Assembly: GCA_902782835.1 (NCBI GenBank)
Contig: CACZOQ010000113.1
Coordinates: forward strand, 1 to 44,384
DNA from: an uncultured Erysipelotrichaceae bacterium
Lineage (GTDB): Bacteria > Bacillota_I > Bacilli_A > RF39 > UBA660
Length of the DNA stretch: 44,384 nt
Direction of reading: 5' to 3'
Made by a program: the position numbers and the translations under genes. Below the pieces are notes generated by a model. It worked only from the letters and a program-made list of their open reading frames with translations. It was not told the origin of the DNA and made no database searches. Numbering within the stretch: the stretch's first letter is position 1; every line of letters begins with the position of its first letter. Shown here piece after piece: positions 18,670 to 26,051 of the stretch.

Positions 18670-19243
18670 GTGTGAATTTAATGGATACTTTCATTTTTGT
18701 TTCTTCGTTTGCTTCATCAATTGCATATTCTGTATCTGCTTGATTGTTCATTTGATTGGTTGCATCATCATTCCATTTAAAGAATACTCTAAATGTTGTA
18801 TCTGTACTATTTTTTGTTAACTCTCCTGTTATTTTTCCTGTTTGTGTAAAATTATAATTCGTATCATTAATTGTGTATCGTGTAAAGACTAAATCTAATA
18901 GAGGAGTGCTATCATCTACAACACATGTTATTTCATAATTAAAATCAACATCTACATCTTCAGCATTTACTACTATATCAAAGTGGCCTGTACTTCCTGG
19001 AGCAAGGACTCCATCATTTACATACTCATTTACATCAAATACAGGTGTAATTGTGTTGGTTAATTGAGTTTTATTGCTAATATCTTCATCATTAACCTTT
19101 ATATTCCAACTAGCTATTCTAGCCTGCATTTCACCTTTTACTTGTTTTCTATATTTTGCATAGGATGTCTGAAATAAGTATAAGAGTGATAATGTCAGGA
19201 GTAATACAAAAAGAATTAAAAATCGTCTGTCGTTTTTTTTCAT
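18656..19243 (-). CDS. TasA/camelysin-like secreted protein (paralogue E)
   Basis: MKKNDRRF plus a hydrophobic helix, then TSYAKYRKQ...ARIASWNIKVN, then VLAPGSTGHFDIVVNAEDVDVDFNYEI. Paralogous to 11098-11718 and 17887-18633. Confidence 0.6.
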   Translation of the reverse strand: MKKNDRRFLILFVLLLTLSLLYLFQTSYAKYRKQVKGEMQARIASWNIKVNDEDISNKTQLTNTITPVFDVNEYVNDGVLAPGSTGHFDIVVNAEDVDVDFNYEITCVVDDSTPLLDLVFTRYTINDTNYNFTQTGKITGELTKNSTDTTFRVFFKWNDDATNQMNNQADTEYAIDEANEETKMKVSIKFTQKNA

Positions 19244-19254
19244 TTCTATTCCCT

Positions 19255-20313
19255 CTATCTATTTTCGTAAATTTCTATCCAACTTCCAACCCAACCACCT
19301 TCATCATTAAAGACTTGTCCAGTTACTGCTTGAAAGGTTGAATCTGTCATTCTTCTTAACTCAAACCACTTTCTACTGCCACAGGTATTGGCTACAAATG
19401 TTTGGTCATTACTTGGATCATATCCTACTAATGATACCCAATGAGCATGAGGGCCACCATTATCAAATACATCCCCAAAATTGTTATTTATTTTTTCAGC
19501 TTCTCTTAGGTCTATTACTACGGTGTGATTTTTTTCTAAAGCTTCTCTTATTTCATTATAATATGCATCGGCTGTTTGTGGTAGGGAAGATTTTGGATGT
19601 GTTCTCACTTTTACTGTTTTTGACAGTTTTCCCTGTTTTTGTAGATTTTTGATTGCTGTTTCATGAGATTCTACACTTACATCTGAGCCAGCCTGATTCA
19701 CTTCAACAGGATCTCCTTTATAACCATAAGCACTTAATGCGGAGGTCAATGTTGTAGGACCACATCCTCCTGTTGAAAATGATCTACCATCTCTTAGTGT
19801 AGCTTGTGAAAAAGAAGCTTCATTCTGTCCATATACTTCATATGTTGTATCTCCAAATGTGATTCGAAAATGGTCTCCTCCTACGTCTTGTACTTGGGTA
19901 GAACTAACACCATTATATGATAGGTCTTCTTTATTTTGAATTTGATTTCCTTTTTGATAGTCATCTCCACCGATTATTTTTTTTGAATCTTGTTCTCCTT
20001 GATATGATGTTGCTTGTTGTATGGATGATTTTTTTAAATTCCAGCATTCACTAAATGTATTTTTATTTCCGGTAGCATTTATAAAAACATTTATAAACAT
20101 TGGTATAAAAAATACTAAGACAGCTGCGATAAAGGAATTTCTAATTCTTGGAAATAATTTTTTATTCTCTGGATCTTTTAACATCTTTGTAAGATTAATC
20201 ATCGACATCAATATTAGTATTATAGGTACTATTGTTTGTATGAGTGTTACTATTCTTTTGGCGATGATGATAAATGTTCCTACTGAACCGGAACATTCCA
20301 ATATCTCTATCAT
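19255..20313 (-). CDS. membrane-anchored papain-like (Peptidase_C39_2-like) cysteine peptidase with a shared N-terminal two-helix module
   Basis: ATG at 20313 is preceded by AAGGTG. The GTG at 20322 lies within the RBS. The N-terminal roughly 125 aa are paralogous to 34812-35825. The C-terminal domain has GGCGPTTLTSALSAYG (Cys) and HAHWVSLVGYD (His). Confidence 0.65.
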   Translation of the reverse strand: MIEILECSGSVGTFIIIAKRIVTLIQTIVPIILILMSMINLTKMLKDPENKKLFPRIRNSFIAAVLVFFIPMFINVFINATGNKNTFSECWNLKKSSIQQATSYQGEQDSKKIIGGDDYQKGNQIQNKEDLSYNGVSSTQVQDVGGDHFRITFGDTTYEVYGQNEASFSQATLRDGRSFSTGGCGPTTLTSALSAYGYKGDPVEVNQAGSDVSVESHETAIKNLQKQGKLSKTVKVRTHPKSSLPQTADAYYNEIREALEKNHTVVIDLREAEKINNNFGDVFDNGGPHAHWVSLVGYDPSNDQTFVANTCGSRKWFELRRMTDSTFQAVTGQVFNDEGGWVGSWIEIYENR

Positions 20314-20404
20314 ATTTATCACCTTATTTTTATTCTATCATATTATTTATTTTTTGAATAGCATTTTCTTATTTTGTGGTAAGATAAAAATAGGTGATTT
20401 TAAT

Positions 20405-20701
20405 ATGGAAGAATTAGAAAATCAATTTCGTTATTTAGTAGGTGGATATTATGGTGTTGCCATTATGGATGAATATCCTCTAAAGGAATATGTATTGAAA
20501 GATATTGAAAATTATATTCGTGATTTTGTTGAAGTGAATCCTATTCCTTCTTTTGCTTATAAAGATGAGGCTTTAAAGGTAAAAGAATCCCTTTCTAATA
20601 AAACAAAATTACAAGATGCTTTAATTGTTTTAACAAAGATGAATGGACCAATGGATTTAGTATTTCTAATTAAACAACGTTTAAAACAATATTCTAAATA
20701 A
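20405..20701 (+). CDS. small hypothetical cytoplasmic protein (98 aa)
   Basis: ATG 20405 is preceded by AGGTGA. The upstream part of the 20021-20701 ORF is the antisense shadow of the minus-strand gene. Confidence 0.5.
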   Translation: MEELENQFRYLVGGYYGVAIMDEYPLKEYVLKDIENYIRDFVEVNPIPSFAYKDEALKVKESLSNKTKLQDALIVLTKMNGPMDLVFLIKQRLKQYSK

Positions 20702-20709
20702 GAATAAAT

Positions 20710-20737
20710 TTACAAAGATTTATTTTCATATTATAAT
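20710..20737 (+). promoter_or_regulatory. candidate sigma-A-type promoter (TTACAA-16-TATAAT)
   Basis: TTACAA at 20710-20715, a 16-nt spacer, TATAAT at 20732-20737, 22 nt upstream of ATG 20759. Confidence 0.4.
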
Positions 20738-20758
20738 AATTTGTTAAGAGGTGTTATT

Positions 20759-21607
20759 ATGGGGATATTTGGTTGGATTTTTTATTTCATTTTAGGAATT
20801 GTATTTTTCTTTATTTTATTAGTTTTTCAAAATAAATATTCTATTACAAATATGGAAAAATTACTTTTATCTATTATTTTATTAATGATCTCAGCCGGTA
20901 TCTGTTATCAATTGGCGATTCCATATACGGATAATCTTTTTCTTGTTTTTGTTTTTTTAATGATAGTGGATGTTATTTATAGTAGTTATTTTATAGAAAG
21001 AGATTTTTTTAATAAAAATGATCGAAATATTACGTATTATATTGTATTAGTATTAATAGGGTTTTATATTAATCAAGAATTTATTAATCAGGTATCTCGT
21101 GTTTTTTTAACTGGAGAAGATTTAAGAATTATTTTATGGACAGGGGCTTTTCTATTTCTTTATTATTTTTGCCGAAATCGTGGTGTTTTTGCAAATGTAT
21201 CTTCTTTTAAAGAGAAGGGAATGAATCAAGAAAGTATTCTAATACAATATGCTAAACTGAAATGTCAATATTATGATGAATGTAATGTTAAAGATCGGGA
21301 TCTTTCCAATTTATTATATGCGATTATGATTTTTGAAAATCATCGTAGGAATTCTTTCTTACGAAAGTATGATTATTTTGTGTTCCGTTTGAATGGAAAT
21401 AAAGCAAAATTAGGTATTATGCAAGTAGAGAGTTCTAAGTATATTACTGATAGTGAAAGTATTGAAATCGTATCTAAGAAATTGCAGAAAATTGCTGAAA
21501 AGAAGAATAGTAAGAAGAAAATAACGGTAGAAGAAATTATTGAAAACTATGATAAAAATAATGCTAAAGAGATTCAATTTATATTTGACATTATTAAAAA
21601 ATTCTAG
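20759..21607 (+). CDS. polytopic membrane protein with a C-terminal soluble domain (possible lytic-transglycosylase-like motif)
   Basis: RBS AGAGGTG precedes ATG 20759. About 5-6 hydrophobic helices. The C-terminal domain contains IMIFENHRRNS...KLGIMQVES, reminiscent of the SLT E...G-[LI]-M-Q pattern. Function is tentative. Confidence 0.4.
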   Translation: MGIFGWIFYFILGIVFFFILLVFQNKYSITNMEKLLLSIILLMISAGICYQLAIPYTDNLFLVFVFLMIVDVIYSSYFIERDFFNKNDRNITYYIVLVLIGFYINQEFINQVSRVFLTGEDLRIILWTGAFLFLYYFCRNRGVFANVSSFKEKGMNQESILIQYAKLKCQYYDECNVKDRDLSNLLYAIMIFENHRRNSFLRKYDYFVFRLNGNKAKLGIMQVESSKYITDSESIEIVSKKLQKIAEKKNSKKKITVEEIIENYDKNNAKEIQFIFDIIKKF

Positions 21608-21658
21608 TTTTCTTTCTTCTTTTTTTATGGTATATTTTATTTAAAGGTAGTGATTAAT

Positions 21659-22498
21659 ATGAAGATTAAAAAATGGGGAAAAATGTTATTTCTTTTGTTT
21701 GTTGTTTGTTTTGCATGTTGTGGTTGCAATGGAACGATTACGAGAAATATTCGTCATGCAGGGTTTACTGTTGGAGATACTTTTGTATGTGATCCTTTTT
21801 ATCCAAAGGATAAAGAAGATACTCATTATGAAAGGGTTAAATATTTTACTGGAAGTCATTTGATTAATTCAGAGGGTAAGATTTATGAATTGGCTCTATC
21901 TCAGCCATATGCTAATGGTCAAAATTGTCGTGAGGCTCAAACCACTCTTCGTGAGAAAGCAATTTTAGATAATCGTATCATCAAGGCAGAAGACAATAAG
22001 TATTATTACTTAGTAAGTCAAAATAATGTGGCAAGTTATAGTGAAGTTCCACAAACAGATAACAATTATACGATTTATGATATTTTATTAAGAGATGAAG
22101 ATGTTATAAAAGTTATGACAGCTGATAATAGTAAAGGGGTTTATTATGTTTTGAAGCAAGATGGAAATATTTATGCAAATGTTATTCAAAAGCCTGATCG
22201 TAATGGACCATTTGTTTTAACTAGTACACAAGTTATTTTTGATAAGACTGAGTATCTTGCTAATATTATTGATTTTAACTATGTTGGCAATTCTTTAAAT
22301 ACTTATGTTAAAACTGAAAATAAGATGTTTAGAATGCGTATGAAGAATGCTGAACGTTGTCAGAAATATGCTGATGTAGTATGTGAATTTGAATTAAAAG
22401 AAGATACTATGTTTGAGACATATAAAGATCATATCATTTTATATAATGGTAATATGTTAGTTACGGATTATAAACAAATATTTACAGTAGAAAAATAA
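21659..22498 (+). CDS. putative lipoprotein or secreted protein
   Basis: MKIKKWGKMLFLLFVVCFACCGCNG has a signal peptide with a Cys cluster at the predicted lipobox position. RBS AAAGGTAGTG. Confidence 0.55.
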   Translation: MKIKKWGKMLFLLFVVCFACCGCNGTITRNIRHAGFTVGDTFVCDPFYPKDKEDTHYERVKYFTGSHLINSEGKIYELALSQPYANGQNCREAQTTLREKAILDNRIIKAEDNKYYYLVSQNNVASYSEVPQTDNNYTIYDILLRDEDVIKVMTADNSKGVYYVLKQDGNIYANVIQKPDRNGPFVLTSTQVIFDKTEYLANIIDFNYVGNSLNTYVKTENKMFRMRMKNAERCQKYADVVCEFELKEDTMFETYKDHIILYNGNMLVTDYKQIFTVEK

Positions 22499-22500
22499 GA

Positions 22501-22524
22501 AAAGAAAAGATGCTTTTCTTTTTT
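22501..22524 (+). terminator. weak AT-rich terminator-like hairpin
   Basis: AAAGAAAAG (22501-22509), loop ATG, CTTTTCTTT (22513-22521), then a T-run. Only two G-C pairs. Confidence 0.35.
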
Positions 22525-22552
22525 ATGATACAATAAAGTAGGATGTGATAAT

Positions 22553-23290
22553 TTGGAACTATTATTGAATATATTTTGGCCATTTGTTTTAATGCTTTTG
22601 GTGGTGTTATTGATGCTTGCTTTTTTAAAAACTAGGAAAGGTGCAGACACTAATAATATTGATTTAAGTCATATTAATCAAGATTCTTTTCAGAATTATG
22701 CAAAGTTTTATGGAAATATTATTCCTACTGATGCTAATTTTGATCAAAAAATGAATCAAATCTATTTATTAATTACAGAGAAACATTTAACAGATATTCA
22801 AGTCATTGCCAAAGAATCTGATTGTACATTACCAGAATGTATTTTGAAAATTCGATATTTAAAGAATAAACGGTTATTAGGGGATATTTATATTGATTCT
22901 CAAAATATGATTTTATTTCCTTGTAGTGAAGAAGATGAAAAATTATTGGATCGATATAAACCATTTATATATGGTAGTCATTCTCAAGTAAATGAAATTG
23001 CTAATGTGATTTCGAATCCTAATCGATTAGATATTCAATCTTTAAGAAAAGAAATATTAAATGATTTGAAACGATTAGATAGTAAGGGTTTAATTAATGG
23101 ATTGAAGATTGATGATATTGATGGAAAAATTATTTATTATACAATAGAAAAAAAGAAAATTCATAATAATTATGAGACTGTTCATTGCCCAAATTGTGGG
23201 GCTTTAAATGATGTAGAAATCAATAGTAAGGCTCGTTGTGGATATTGTCAAACAATTATAATAGGAAGAGATTATACGGATTCTATTTAG
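22553..23290 (+). CDS. membrane-anchored protein with a C-terminal zinc-ribbon
   Basis: TTG start preceded by AGGATGTGA. N-terminal TM helix. The C-terminus has CPNCG-x16-CGYCQ (four Cys). Confidence 0.5.
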   Translation: MELLLNIFWPFVLMLLVVLLMLAFLKTRKGADTNNIDLSHINQDSFQNYAKFYGNIIPTDANFDQKMNQIYLLITEKHLTDIQVIAKESDCTLPECILKIRYLKNKRLLGDIYIDSQNMILFPCSEEDEKLLDRYKPFIYGSHSQVNEIANVISNPNRLDIQSLRKEILNDLKRLDSKGLINGLKIDDIDGKIIYYTIEKKKIHNNYETVHCPNCGALNDVEINSKARCGYCQTIIIGRDYTDSI

Positions 23291-23345
23291 GAATAATCTC
23301 TTTTTTTCTTTTAGCTTACATGTTATACTATGAAAGAAGCGAGGG

Positions 23346-24227
23346 ATGTATGTGTTGCTAGCAAATCAATGGAAAGAATATGAGTGTTTGGATGCCTCTT
23401 TAGGGATGAAATATGAAAGATGGGGAGATATATTTTTACTTAGACCTGATCCTCAAGTTATTTGGGACCATGGAGATCTAGAAAAGAAATATGAAGGGAA
23501 AATTGATGCTATTTATCATCGCAGTAATAAAGGCGGAGGACAGTGGGAAAATTTAAAAAAGGTTCCTGCCTCTTGGCTGATTCATTATAAAGAATTATCT
23601 TTTCATATTAAACAAATGGGATTTAAACATACAGGTTTATTTCCAGAACAGGCTGTCAATTGGGATTTTATGATGAATAAGATTCTATCTAGTAATCGTA
23701 AAATTCGAGTTTTAAATTTATTTGCTTATACAGGTGGTGCTACGGTTGCGTGTTTGGCTGCCGGAGCTCATGTTACTCATGTTGATTCTTCAAAAGGTAT
23801 GGTTGATTGGTGTAAAGAAAATGTCTTAACTAGTGGCCATCAGGGAGAAAACATTCGTTATATTGTTGATGATGTTGTAAAATTTGTGCAAAGAGAAATA
23901 AGACGTGGTAATCATTATGATGCTATTATTATGGATCCACCTAGTTATGGTCGAGGCACTAATGGTGAAGTATGGGATATTGAGAAAAGTCTATTTTATT
24001 TAGTTTCTGTTTGCCAAGAATTACTAAGTGATGATCCTTTGTTCTTTTTAATTAATTCTTATACAACAGGGATGTCTTTAACAGTACTTGAAAATATTTT
24101 AGTTATGACGGTTGGAAATCAATATAAAGGAAAGATTTCTTGTGGAGAAGTAGGACTTCCTATTACAAATTCTCCACAATTAGTATTACCTTGTGGTATT
24201 TATGGAAGATGGGAAAAAGATGAATAA
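23346..24227 (+). CDS. class I SAM-dependent methyltransferase (RlmI/YccW-type, likely rRNA methyltransferase)
   Basis: VLNLFAYTGGATVACLAAGA (motif I), VTHVDSS and IIMDPPSYGRG (motif IV DPP) are typical of the Methyltrans_SAM (PF10672)-like family. The start may be GTG 23352 rather than ATG 23346, because GAGGG abuts 23346. Confidence 0.7.
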   Translation: MYVLLANQWKEYECLDASLGMKYERWGDIFLLRPDPQVIWDHGDLEKKYEGKIDAIYHRSNKGGGQWENLKKVPASWLIHYKELSFHIKQMGFKHTGLFPEQAVNWDFMMNKILSSNRKIRVLNLFAYTGGATVACLAAGAHVTHVDSSKGMVDWCKENVLTSGHQGENIRYIVDDVVKFVQREIRRGNHYDAIIMDPPSYGRGTNGEVWDIEKSLFYLVSVCQELLSDDPLFFLINSYTTGMSLTVLENILVMTVGNQYKGKISCGEVGLPITNSPQLVLPCGIYGRWEKDE

Positions 24228-24879
24228 GTTAAAAGTATTATATGAAGATAATCATTTGATTGTGGTAATAAAACCATTCAATGTTCTTAGTCAAGGAGAC
24301 AGTACTGGTGATTTATCTATTATGGATCAAGTAAAGGCTTATATTAAGGAAAAGTATCATAAGCCAGGAAATGTATATTTAGGATTAGTACATCGTTTGG
24401 ATCGCCCGGTTGGTGGTATTATGGTTTTTGCACGTAGTAGTAAGGCTGCTTCTCGTTTATGTAAGTGTTTTAATGAACATCAAATATCGAAAAAATATTT
24501 GGCGATTGTTCATGGAAAAATGGAATCTGAAAAGGGAGAATGGAAGGACTTATTAGAAAAAGGAAAAGATGGAAATACTCATGTTTCTCCTCATGGAAAA
24601 GAAGCAATTTTAGAATATGAAGTATTGGATTACAATAAACAGGAGAATTGTAGTCTTGTTTCTGTCAACTTAAAGACTGGCAGACATCATCAAATTCGTG
24701 TTCAGTTTGCTAGCAGAGGACATTATTTATTAGGAGATCAACGATATGGCGTATTAGACCATACACAAATATCGTTGTTTGCTTATCAACTTTGTTTTCC
24801 TCATCCGATTACGAAAGAAGAATTGTTTTTTCAAACATTTCCAGAGAAAAAAAATCATTGGACAAAATTTACACTGTAA
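24220..24879 (+). CDS. RluA-family RNA pseudouridine synthase
   Basis: HRLDRPVGGIMVFARS (catalytic Asp motif) and GRHHQIRVQ (conserved R/HQIR motif). ATG 24220 overlaps the upstream stop by 8 nt. Confidence 0.8.
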   Translation: MNKLKVLYEDNHLIVVIKPFNVLSQGDSTGDLSIMDQVKAYIKEKYHKPGNVYLGLVHRLDRPVGGIMVFARSSKAASRLCKCFNEHQISKKYLAIVHGKMESEKGEWKDLLEKGKDGNTHVSPHGKEAILEYEVLDYNKQENCSLVSVNLKTGRHHQIRVQFASRGHYLLGDQRYGVLDHTQISLFAYQLCFPHPITKEELFFQTFPEKKNHWTKFTL

Positions 24880-24897
24880 ATAAAATGTACAAAAAAT

Positions 24898-24925
24898 AAA
24901 ATGTTTGCAATTACATTTTTTTTTT
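24898..24925 (+). terminator. terminator-like hairpin with a long T-run
   Basis: AAAATGT (24898-24904), 8-nt loop, ACATTTT (24913-24919), T-run to 24925. AT-rich stem. Confidence 0.4.
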
Positions 24926-24969
24926 GTTATCATGGTAATAGATTATAAGAATAGAGGGAGTAGATTTAA

Positions 24970-25989
24970 ATGAATTTTGATTTATCATGGTTTTCAACAA
25001 TACCTGGATTATTAATTACAGGTGGAGTTATTTTATTAATTATTGCTTTGATATTATTACTATTTGGTAGAAAGAAATCAAAGAAAGCTAAAGAAGGAGC
25101 TCAAGTACCTGCACCTGCAGATTCTAATGTAGTGGCTTCACCTGCAGCTAATCCTGCAGAGGTTGCTGTTGCACCTGCTGATCCAATGGCAGCTGTTGCT
25201 GTTACACCTGTTGATCCAATGGCAGCTGTTGCTGTTACGCCTGTTGCGGTAGCAGATTCTACGATTCAACCAGTAATGCCTGAACCTGTTGCTGTTACGC
25301 CTGGCACACCAGATATTACTATAACTCCAGTTCCAGCAATGCCTGAGGCTGCTGTTGCACCAGCTCCAGTTACACCAGAGGTTGCTCCTGCACCAATGCC
25401 AGAAATGGCTCCTGTTGTGCCTGCAACTCCTGAAGTTGCAACTCCTCCAGCAATGCCTGAAGTTGCTGCTGCTCCAGTTGTTGATCCTGTTGCCGTAGCA
25501 CCAGAATCTGTTGTACCAGTTCCTGCTACACCAGAGGTTGCCCCTGCACCAATGCCAGAGGTAGCTCCTGTTATACCTGTGACTCCAGAACCTGTAGCAC
25601 CAGCAATGCCAGAAGTACCTACAGTTTCTGAACCAATTACATCAGAGGTTGCACCAGTTCCTGCTACACCAGAAGTAGCACCTGCTGTTGCTACTGCTAG
25701 TCCAGAACCTGTTATTTATGGTGGAGCTAGTCCAGCTGTTACAGATATTAATATTAATCAAGATAATCATCAAATATATGGTGGAGCTGATCCATTGCAA
25801 AATACGCAAACAATTCCAGCTGTTGCTCCAATTGCACCTGCTGTAGATCCAGTAGTTGCTGCTCCTCAACCTGCTGAAGTTGCTCCAGTTGTTATGCCAA
25901 CTCCAGAAGTTGCTCCTGCACCAATGCCTGAGGTAGCTCCTGTTGCCCCAGTTGCACCGGTTGCTCCTGCAAGTCCAGTTCAACAATAA
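24970..25989 (+). CDS. membrane-anchored Pro/Ala/Val-rich repeat protein (low complexity)
   Basis: RBS AGAGGGAG. N-terminal TM (IPGLLITGGVILLIIALILLLFG) plus KKSKKAKE, then about 290 aa of P/A/V/E repeats (TPEVAPAPMPEVAPV three times). Two YGGA[SD]P motifs occur near the C-terminus. Confidence 0.8.
   Translation: MNFDLSWFSTIPGLLITGGVILLIIALILLLFGRKKSKKAKEGAQVPAPADSNVVASPAANPAEVAVAPADPMAAVAVTPVDPMAAVAVTPVAVADSTIQPVMPEPVAVTPGTPDITITPVPAMPEAAVAPAPVTPEVAPAPMPEMAPVVPATPEVATPPAMPEVAAAPVVDPVAVAPESVVPVPATPEVAPAPMPEVAPVIPVTPEPVAPAMPEVPTVSEPITSEVAPVPATPEVAPAVATASPEPVIYGGASPAVTDININQDNHQIYGGADPLQNTQTIPAVAPIAPAVDPVVAAPQPAEVAPVVMPTPEVAPAPMPEVAPVAPVAPVAPASPVQQ
25180..25245 (+). repeat. 33-nt tandem duplication (two units, one mismatch) encoding DPMAAVAVTPV
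   Basis: GATCCAATGGCAGCTGTTGCTGTTACACCTGTT (25180-25212) is repeated at 25213-25245 with A->G. Dispersed copies of ACCAGAGGTTGCyCCTGCACCAATGCCAGA lie near 25371, 25526 and 25900. Confidence 0.85.
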
Positions 25990-26014
25990 AAGCATTGATT
26001 AATGCTTTTTTTTT
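25989..26014 (+). terminator. rho-independent terminator
   Basis: AAAGCATT (25989-25996), loop GATT, AATGCTTT (26001-26008), T-run to 26014. Confidence 0.6.
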
Positions 26015-26025
26015 GTATTTTTCAA

Positions 26026-26034
26026 TGTTATAAT
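26026..26034 (+). promoter_or_regulatory. candidate extended -10 element (TGtTATAAT)
   Basis: TGTTATAAT at 26026-26034, 17 nt before ATG 26052 (RBS AAGGTGG). Confidence 0.35.
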
Positions 26035-26051
26035 CAATATAAGGTGGTATT

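Noticed and set aside
19233-19240. Homopolymeric A/T tracts of 8 nt just after start codons (19233-19240, about 35908-35915, 40517-40524) as possible phase-variation switches
   Set aside because: They encode the Lys-rich n-regions (MKKN.., KKKTKKT, MKKKKQ) expected for signal or anchor peptides in an AT-rich genome. The tracts are short and nothing else suggests slippage.
20021-20404. N-terminal 128 codons of the 226-aa ORF 20021-20701
   Set aside because: This part overlaps the 5' end of the minus-strand peptidase gene and the divergent promoter region. A good RBS and ATG at 20405 give a more plausible 98-aa product.
25642-25995. 117-aa antisense ORF within the Pro/Ala/Val-rich gene
   Set aside because: It is the complement of GC-richer GCN/CCN/GTN codons, which rarely generates stops. 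Its Trp/Cys/Ser/Asn/Arg-rich translation has no RBS, and the sense ORF has a TM helix, an RBS and a terminator.
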